Source: Nitrospinales bacterium (GTDB lineage: Bacteria; Nitrospinota; Nitrospinia; Nitrospinales; JAJDAT01). From it: a stretch of DNA of 13,010 nt. The DNA lies in assembly GCA_046757665.1 (NCBI GenBank), contig JBHHYO010000073.1, positions 1-13,010 on the forward strand. The letters are read 5' to 3'. The notes under the pieces were generated by a model. It was not told the origin of the DNA. It saw nothing but the letters and a program-made list of their open reading frames with translations, and searched no databases. Within the stretch, counting starts at the first letter, position 1. Each line of letters opens with the position of its first letter. Position numbers and translations under genes: made by a program. Below are positions 1 to 5,499 of this stretch, one piece after another.

Positions 1-158
1 TTATCCATTATTAAATCTTCCAGCAACTCGCGCAAATCTGCCATAGACAAACCATACCGGGTCTTCAATTCTTTGACGGGAAAACCATTATAGTCGTGTG
101 ACTCAAGATAATGATTTGTAACTTTCTCAAGGAGTTGCGCTTTATCAAAAGCCATCAT
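1..158 (-). CDS. Hypothetical protein, N-terminal part only (runs off the left edge of the window)
   Basis: Manual translation from ATG at 158 (second ATG at 155) gives MMAFDKAQLLEKVTNHYLESHDYNGFPVKELKTRYGLSMADLRELLEDLIMD with no stop before the edge. It is protein-like and helical, on the same strand as parE and 60 nt downstream of it. Not in the ORF track because it is truncated. Confidence 0.7.
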   Translation of the reverse strand, partial: MMAFDKAQLLEKVTNHYLESHDYNGFPVKELKTRYGLSMADLRELLEDLIMD

Positions 159-218
159 GGAAATGTCTCAAACTTAGTTGAAAGGGCAACATAGCCCACA
201 TACGTTCATGGGATACTC

Positions 219-509
219 TCAAACGTGCCGTTCTGGATCCATGCTTTGGTGGAGTACGCGCACAACAAATATCCCGCCTTTTTTCAATTTGTAAAAAATC
301 GAATGGCTGGCGTATTCAAAGCGAAAATATGCTTTGTGAATATGGTCTATGCGACGGCCTAGAAGAGGCCGTTCCGCTAACATCAAAAAACGCTCTTCAA
401 GTGCCTGCAAGTAAGCGGCGGCCCTGGACTCGCCGAAACGCCGGTGCGAGAAAATATAAATCTCGGAGAGGTCTTCGTCCGCCTTGTTGGACAGTTCGTA
501 ATCAGCCAT
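219..509 (-). CDS. parE: Type II toxin-antitoxin toxin, RelE/ParE family (ParE1-like)
   Basis: 96 aa with YELSNKADEDLSEIY at the N terminus, P-x-LGR, H-x-IFY and VRVLHQSMD, all typical of ParE. Overlaps the antitoxin stop by 8 bp. Confidence 0.93.
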   Translation of the reverse strand: MADYELSNKADEDLSEIYIFSHRRFGESRAAAYLQALEERFLMLAERPLLGRRIDHIHKAYFRFEYASHSIFYKLKKGGIFVVRVLHQSMDPERHV

Positions 510-735
510 GCCCCAGGCGGCGTTTGGCGGCCTTGACGATATCCCTGACCTTGCGGCCGCTCACTCCGCTTTGCTCGCCTTCCCGAAGAGCCAACCTCAA
601 AGCCTCGCGTTGCCGTTGATCGTGCCTGATAAGGTCCCGGATATAATCGCTGGCATTCGCATATTCGCCGCCCTTGATCTGGGAGTCAATCCACTTCCGC
701 ATGAGATCGGGAAGAGAAATGTTCAATGTTGCCAT
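502..735 (-). CDS. parD: Type II toxin-antitoxin antitoxin, ParD family (ribbon-helix-helix)
   Basis: 77 aa MATLNISLPDLMRKWIDSQIKGGEYANASDYIRDLIRHDQ...LREGEQSG is the typical ParD-family pattern. The start is ATG at 735, preceded by AAGGAGG (744-750); the ORF-track start at 825 is an over-extension. Confidence 0.93.
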   Translation of the reverse strand: MATLNISLPDLMRKWIDSQIKGGEYANASDYIRDLIRHDQRQREALRLALREGEQSGVSGRKVRDIVKAAKRRLGHG

Positions 736-756
736 AAGATCAACCTCCTTCAGGCC

Positions 757-786
757 AATATGGCATAGATTGCCAATATCTGTCAA
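757..786 (-). promoter_or_regulatory. Sigma70-type promoter of parDE with a palindromic operator in the spacer
   Basis: Minus strand reads TTGACA (786-781), 18-nt spacer, CATATT (762-757) with a TGn extension. The inverted repeat TGGCA-TAGAT-TGCCA (761-775) lies in the spacer and overlaps the -10, as expected for antitoxin autorepression. Confidence 0.7.
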
Positions 787-855
787 CTTCAGGGAAAAAA
801 TTGATAAAACGCCACACACCGGCAACCCACGCCGCCGCGACGACTCGCAGTCAAG

Positions 856-1022
856 GAGAGCTTTGCATAACCTGGGACTTCATCGTCCCGGTGTCATCGC
901 GAGCCGCTATCGACGGCGTGGCGATCCAGCCGGACCACGCCCGGTAGGCATGGGTCCTTTCTGGATTGCTTCGGCTACCGCCTCGCAATGACGATCAAAC
1001 AAGGATCTTATCCAAAGGTCTC
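856..1022. mobile_element. 167-bp MITE-like non-autonomous element with terminal inverted repeats and a 9-bp target-site duplication
   Basis: Left end GAGAGCTTTGCATAA (856-870); right end 1008-1022 reverse-complements to GAGACCTTTGGATAA (13/15 identical). Immediately flanked by direct repeats GCAGTCAAG (847-855) and GTAGTCAAG (1023-1031), 8/9 identical. No transposase inside. Confidence 0.75.
893..992. repeat. REP/RPE-like nested palindromic element (GTCATyGCGAG...CTCGCAATGAC type)
   Basis: Outer stem GTCATCGCGAG (893-903) / CTCGCAATGAC (982-992), 10/11 paired. Middle stem GCGATCCAG (921-929) / CTGGATTGC (961-969). Inner stem GGACC (932-936) / GGTCC (953-957). The layout matches the widespread GTCATTGCGAG...GCAATCC...GGATTGC...CTCGCAATGAC repeat family. 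Confidence 0.85.
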
Positions 1023-1035
1023 GTAGTCAAGCCCT

Positions 1036-1821
1036 CTATTCCGTGGCGACCGGCCCCTGATGCCGGTTCAATAGGGAAATCATTTGCAGTCGATTCTTGA
1101 CCTCAAGTTTTCTGAAAATATTTTTCAGGTGGGACCGCACCGTGTGGATGCTGATGCACAATTGACCGGCCAGTTCCTGATCCGTGATCCCGTTGTTGAT
1201 GCAAAGCAACCGGGCAATTTGCTTTTCCCTCTCGGACAGGTGCCCACGGTCCATGATCAGGTCGCGGGAAAATTTGTGGAGAAACAAATTTTCCAGGGTG
1301 TACGCGATGTGTTGCAGAATTACAGACAACACCTTTTTCTCCCTCGGGAGCAAGTCCTTGAAATCCTCGTTCACATGCCCCATGAACATTCCTACTACGC
1401 TTGATTTCGTGATCAGAGGGTGAAGGTGCATTTTACTGCGGTCGCTGTTCTCCACGCAAAAGGGCTGGTTCCAGTTCAACGCATAACCGAAATTACCATT
1501 ATCCTTGTGATACCGCAGTTGCTTTTCCATCGAAGCTTTTTTGGCGTCGGGATTGCAGAAAACCAGTCGGTGCCCCGCACTTTCAGGCTCCGTCAGGCAA
1601 AAGGCGACCGTTTCGAAGGGAAACAATTTGTTGAGATGAGTTTGCGTAAATAAAAAAACAAATTCGGGCTCGCGATCCTGGTTCAATCCACTTTGCAATT
1701 CGCCCAGGGAGGCGAAACTATCGAGCGCCAGAAAATACCAGCGGTTCGATTCATCCAAAAGCTCCACCTGCTGTTCCAGAAAGCTAATTCGGTCTTTTAA
1801 TATTTCTGATCCTTCCGCCAT
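1036..1821 (-). CDS. LuxR/GerE-family HTH transcriptional regulator with an N-terminal GAF-like input domain
   Basis: C-terminal LSEREKQIARLL...GITDQELAGQLCISIHTVRSHLKNIFRKLEVKNRLQM is a canonical LuxR HTH. The N-terminal ~185 aa end in HPLITKSSVVGMF...EKKVLSVILQHIAYTLEN, a GAF-like beta-hairpin plus exit helix. No receiver motifs seen. Confidence 0.85.
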   Translation of the reverse strand: MAEGSEILKDRISFLEQQVELLDESNRWYFLALDSFASLGELQSGLNQDREPEFVFLFTQTHLNKLFPFETVAFCLTEPESAGHRLVFCNPDAKKASMEKQLRYHKDNGNFGYALNWNQPFCVENSDRSKMHLHPLITKSSVVGMFMGHVNEDFKDLLPREKKVLSVILQHIAYTLENLFLHKFSRDLIMDRGHLSEREKQIARLLCINNGITDQELAGQLCISIHTVRSHLKNIFRKLEVKNRLQMISLLNRHQGPVATE

Positions 1822-1998
1822 AGGAATACCTATAGTCTAATCCCGTAGAAATGTCCAACAAATTTTTCATCCGGCACAGGCCCGGTTTCTACTAAAAACA
1901 CCGCGCACATCTGGCTCATATCCAATTGAAAACTAGCAGATAAACGCCACCTCCCTTCACCGCCAAAACAGAGCCGTCAAGATTTCACCCCAAAAAAA

Positions 1999-2062
1999 AC
2001 CACTTATTTTAGTGATCCGGAATCCCTCAATTTTGGGATACAAAAATCCCCTCTACCGGGAA
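1999..2062. promoter_or_regulatory. Three 18-bp imperfect palindromic boxes with 23-bp period; probable binding sites of the adjacent LuxR-type regulator
   Basis: ACCAC-TTATTTTA-GTGAT (1999-2016), ATCCC-TCAATTTT-GGGAT (2022-2039) and AATCC-CCTCTACC-GGGAA (2045-2062). Right half-sites start at 2012, 2035 and 2058. Confidence 0.6.
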
Positions 2063-2090
2063 TTCCTTTTCCTAAAATTTACTATAGACT
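2062..2090 (+). promoter_or_regulatory. Putative activator-dependent promoter for the Cys-rich gene
   Basis: -10-like TAGACT at 2085-2090 with a poor -35 (ATTCCT at 2062-2067) abutting the third palindromic box. Confidence 0.4.
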
Positions 2091-2181
2091 GTCCACCATT
2101 GCCGTGCATTCAAGGATGAAAAAACGTGCGGCTTTTGAACTTCATGTTTACGGAGATTCAATCTGAATTAGGGAGGTTAGT

Positions 2182-2904
2182 ATGGCCATATTCTGTTGTC
2201 ATAAGATTGAGAACGGCAAGTTAGTTGCTCGCCAATGCTTCACCGATCCCTTCGGCGAATCTTGTCCAAGGGGCTGGGAAGGGGGGAAGGTTAAGAATTG
2301 TGAAGAGTGCCCATCTTACCCATGCTCCTCGAAAGGATCGAAATCGGAGGCAATTGGCTCGCCCAGCGTAAATATTCTTGCGGACGTAAGTCAGCGCCTT
2401 GCTTTTGTACAGGGACAATTAAGTGTTCTCGGGATGACCGGCGCACCGGACAGTAGACCACCGACAGACCCGGAAGCCCCTCGACAGGAGCCCCTCGATT
2501 TGAATCCGCTGTTTGACAATCTCGAGTTTGCGATAGCGCAGGCGCCCTTTTGTGATGAGGAGGTAGAGAAGCTGACAGCTTTCGTCGATCAAGCCAGATC
2601 GGGTGATGACTCATTCCAAATGCTCCAGAACGTATGTGACGCGGCCGCAAGCGGACTTGAAGGCATTGGTCCCGGCGCATACGACGATGACGATCCATTA
2701 AATGCGCTACACGTTCGAGCCTTCTTTGAAGTAATTAGCGCGGTACGGCTGTTGCCGGAAATGATGAAAGCTCCTACCGATAGCCTTCCAGAGCCGAAAA
2801 GAAACCGGAAATGTAAAGGGAAGCCTTTGACGTGCCAACACGAATCTCGTTGGCGTTGTATGCAGATAAGGGAGGGTTGTGTCTCCGTTGGACCCAAGAA
2901 ATGA
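2182..2904 (+). CDS. Hypothetical cysteine-rich protein (13 Cys, clustered at both termini)
   Basis: 240-aa ORF with a strong SD, AGGGAGG (2170-2176), 5 nt before the ATG. It fills the gap between the divergent regulator and the convergent ferredoxin. No family recognised. Confidence 0.75.
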   Translation: MAIFCCHKIENGKLVARQCFTDPFGESCPRGWEGGKVKNCEECPSYPCSSKGSKSEAIGSPSVNILADVSQRLAFVQGQLSVLGMTGAPDSRPPTDPEAPRQEPLDLNPLFDNLEFAIAQAPFCDEEVEKLTAFVDQARSGDDSFQMLQNVCDAAASGLEGIGPGAYDDDDPLNALHVRAFFEVISAVRLLPEMMKAPTDSLPEPKRNRKCKGKPLTCQHESRWRCMQIREGCVSVGPKK

Positions 2905-2983
2905 TCTTCGCCGCACACGGGAGCCAAAGGGAGTTGATATCGCAACAACTACAGTCAGACGGAAACTCGAGGGCTCTTCTGCC

Positions 2984-3310
2984 TCAATAAGGCAGTTCGC
3001 CGTATTCGGCTTCGTACTCTTCCAGGGGCAACATGTCGATGGCGTTCCAGGGACACCCTTCGAGATAGGTGCCCATCGGTCCCTTGGAAATGCACTTCTT
3101 GCAACCGATGCAAAGGAGGGGATCTACTTCGATGCGGATAAAGGTGGGAGCGTCGGGGTTGGGCACTTCGAGCATACACTGGTCCACCGGGCACTCGGTC
3201 ACACAAATCGGCGAACCGCTACAGCCGGTGCAATTGTCGTTGATGATCGCCAGTATCTTGGGTTTGCGTTTTCGGCGGGTTGTCTTTTTTACCTGCTCTT
3301 TAACGGCCAT
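2984..3310 (-). CDS. 2x[4Fe-4S] dicluster ferredoxin-like protein
   Basis: Motifs CTGCSGSPICVTECP and CIGCKKC-x12-CPWNAI. SD-like AAGGGG upstream. Basic N-terminal tail and acidic C terminus. Confidence 0.9.
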   Translation of the reverse strand: MAVKEQVKKTTRRKRKPKILAIINDNCTGCSGSPICVTECPVDQCMLEVPNPDAPTFIRIEVDPLLCIGCKKCISKGPMGTYLEGCPWNAIDMLPLEEYEAEYGELPY

Positions 3311-3341
3311 CGCCCATTTCCCCTTCGGTTAACGTGCCCCC

Positions 3342-3369
3342 ATTCTAGCAAAACAAAGGAAAATGTGAA
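3342..3369 (-). promoter_or_regulatory. Sigma70-type promoter for the ferredoxin gene
   Basis: Minus strand reads TTCACA (3369-3364), 16 nt, TAGAAT (3347-3342) with a TGn extension (TGCTAGAAT). Confidence 0.6.
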
Positions 3370-3530
3370 CCGATAATTGCGTTCCCCCGGCAATTTTTTT
3401 CTCTCCCGCGAACGTTTCACGGTTTTTCTCTTACATTATCCCACAGGGTATATTAAGATTAGGTAGGACACTGTAGATAATGAATCTGCCCATTCCCTGC
3501 AATCACCGCCGCGGAGCGGCAACAAGTTTT

Positions 3531-3539
3531 TGTTATAAA
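3531..3539 (+). promoter_or_regulatory. Extended -10 element (TGnTATAAA) upstream of holB
   Basis: TGTTATAAA at 3531-3539, 7 nt before the ATG at 3547. No recognisable -35. Confidence 0.45.
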
Positions 3540-3546
3540 GGAACCG

Positions 3547-4551
3547 ATGTCATTCGACCACATTTTAGGGCAAAAACGGCCCATCGACATATTGAGGAAG
3601 TCCCTGGAAAACGGCACACCGGCGCACGCTTATTTATTTTACGGACGGGAGAGCGTGGGCAAGAAGCAAACGGCCATCGCTCTTGCCAAGGCGCTCAATT
3701 GCACGGAATCGCCGGTGGCGGACGCCTGTGGCCAATGTATTTCCTGCCGGAAAATCGAGAACGGCATCCATCCGGATTTTTTTCTGCTGGAGCCCGTCAA
3801 AAGTTCTGCGTCGGCGCGGGAGGGGGCCATCCGCATCGACGAAATCCGCAATCTGCAAAAGAAACTGAATTACCTGCCGCATGAGGGCGCCACCAAGGTG
3901 GCGGTCATCGATTCGGCGGAAAAAATGAACGTCCAGGCCGCCAATGCGTTCCTTAAAACGCTGGAAGAGCCGCCCCGGGCAACGTTGTTGATCCTCATTA
4001 CGCCGAACTTCCATCAACTCCTGCCCACCATCATTTCCCGATGCCAGGCAATTGCCTTCCAGCCCCTGCCGCCGGAGGCCGTGAAACAGATTCTTGCGCG
4101 GCACGAGGAAATCGATCCGGCGGAGCGGGCTCCGCGGGCGGCGCGTTGCCGGGGGCAAATCAACCGCGCCCTGGAGGAAAACCTCCTGCTCGCGGGCCAA
4201 AACCGGGAAGAGTTGCTGGAGCTGATCGAAACCGTATCGTTCGACCGGGTGGACGTGGTCTTTCAATGGTCGCGGCGGTGGGCAAAAAACAACGACCGTC
4301 TTCCGGACGTGCTCGATGAATTGATGAGCCTGTTACGCGACCTGGCCCTTTTGAAATCCCGTTGCCGGCCGGAGCATATTCTTAATAACGACTTGATGAG
4401 CCGGTTAAAACCTCTGGCGGTCAAAAAGAACCGGTCGTCCCTGCTCAAAATGTTCGAGTCCGTTCTTGAAACCCGACACGCCTTGCAGGGCAACATGAAC
4501 GTCCAGTTGTCGATGGAAACCATGCTATTGCGGTTTTGCGACGCTGTTTGA
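3547..4551 (+). CDS. holB: DNA polymerase III subunit delta'
   Basis: AHAYLFYGRESVGKK, Zn module C...CGQCISC, HPDF, AANAFLKTLEEPP and the SRC motif (TIISRCQ). Followed by a PSP1 gene, a conserved order. Confidence 0.96.
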   Translation: MSFDHILGQKRPIDILRKSLENGTPAHAYLFYGRESVGKKQTAIALAKALNCTESPVADACGQCISCRKIENGIHPDFFLLEPVKSSASAREGAIRIDEIRNLQKKLNYLPHEGATKVAVIDSAEKMNVQAANAFLKTLEEPPRATLLILITPNFHQLLPTIISRCQAIAFQPLPPEAVKQILARHEEIDPAERAPRAARCRGQINRALEENLLLAGQNREELLELIETVSFDRVDVVFQWSRRWAKNNDRLPDVLDELMSLLRDLALLKSRCRPEHILNNDLMSRLKPLAVKKNRSSLLKMFESVLETRHALQGNMNVQLSMETMLLRFCDAV

Positions 4552-4564
4552 CCGGGAAAAAATC

Positions 4565-5476
4565 ATGAACCAGGCAACCACCGAACCTAAAGAAGACACG
4601 CGGGGAAAACCCAAGCCGCCACGGTTTGTCATTGGCGTGCGTTTGCGGGGACAGGAGAAATCCGATTTGTTTGATCCGCAAGACCTGAACCTGAGAGTGG
4701 GGACCTGGGTGATTATCCGTAGCAAACAGGGCGAACGACTGGGGGTCGTCGCTTCCAACAAAATCCTGAACTTCTACAAAAACGGCCCAAAACCGCAGGG
4801 AGTGGTGGTTCGCCCGGCGCGCACGGAGGATTTTGCCGCCGCGAAAAAAAAAGAGGCGTTTGAAAACCAGGCCAAGCTGTTTTGCCTTCAGCAAATCGAT
4901 CACCTGAACCTGCCCATGAACCTGAGTCGGGTGATCTTCCTGGGAAACCTGAACAAGGTCATCTTTTTCTTCACCGCCGACGGGCGGGTGGACTTCCGCG
5001 AGCTGGTGCGCATCCTGGCCCATAACCTCAAGACCCGGATCGAACTGCGGCAGGTGGGGGTGCGCGACGAGGCCAAGGCAATCACCGGATACGGCATCTG
5101 CGGCGAGTCGTTATGTTGCTCGACGTTCCTGGATGGATTCACCCCCGTGACCATCCGCATGGCCAAGGACCAGGGCCTGGCGCTCAACCCCAGCAAAATT
5201 TCCGGAGTGTGCGGGCGGTTGATGTGCTGTCTTCAATACGAACACGATATTTACAAGAAAATGATCAAGGGGGTTCCCAAACACGGAAGCCGGGTGGAAA
5301 CTCCCGACGGGCCCGGACGAGTCGTCAAGGTCGGCATTCTGGAATCCACGGTTTCGGTGTTGCTCGACGATGAAAGCCCCATCAATTATCCCTTGCGGGA
5401 GGTCACCGTGACCGGCAAACCGGATGCCCGGCGCCCAAGTGGCCCGGAACGCAAGCGCAACGCCCCCTCAACCTGA
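4565..5476 (+). CDS. ricT: PSP1-domain protein / RicT (YaaT) family Fe-S regulatory subunit
   Basis: FFFTADGRVDFRELVR, RIELRQVGVRDEAK, GICGESLCCSTFL and LNPSKISGVCGRLMCCLQYE are hallmark YaaT/PSP1 motifs. Located directly after holB. Confidence 0.93.
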   Translation: MNQATTEPKEDTRGKPKPPRFVIGVRLRGQEKSDLFDPQDLNLRVGTWVIIRSKQGERLGVVASNKILNFYKNGPKPQGVVVRPARTEDFAAAKKKEAFENQAKLFCLQQIDHLNLPMNLSRVIFLGNLNKVIFFFTADGRVDFRELVRILAHNLKTRIELRQVGVRDEAKAITGYGICGESLCCSTFLDGFTPVTIRMAKDQGLALNPSKISGVCGRLMCCLQYEHDIYKKMIKGVPKHGSRVETPDGPGRVVKVGILESTVSVLLDDESPINYPLREVTVTGKPDARRPSGPERKRNAPST

Positions 5477-5499
5477 AACCCTCGCTTCTCCGAAACCTT

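Noticed and set aside
184-197. GGGC-N6-GCCC hairpin after parE as a terminator
   Set aside because: A 4-bp stem with only three U residues is too weak to call.
761-774. TGGCA...TTGC as a sigma54 promoter
   Set aside because: GG and GC are 8 bp apart instead of the required 10; better explained as the TA operator.
736-825. N-terminal extension of ParD in the ORF track
   Set aside because: It covers the promoter and the AAGGAGG SD; the family-typical start is ATG at 735.
674-991. 105-aa plus-strand ORF ending in VIASRYRR...WIASATASQ
   Set aside because: It is a translation through the parD promoter and the palindromic repeat, not a credible gene.
2164-2166. In-frame TGA upstream of the Cys-rich gene as a selenocysteine codon
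   Set aside because: A strong SD and ATG follow immediately, no SECIS-like hairpin is evident, and the context is not a redox motif.
3436-3445. TTATCCCACA as a DnaA box upstream of holB
   Set aside because: It matches TTATCCACA only with an insertion and is a single copy.
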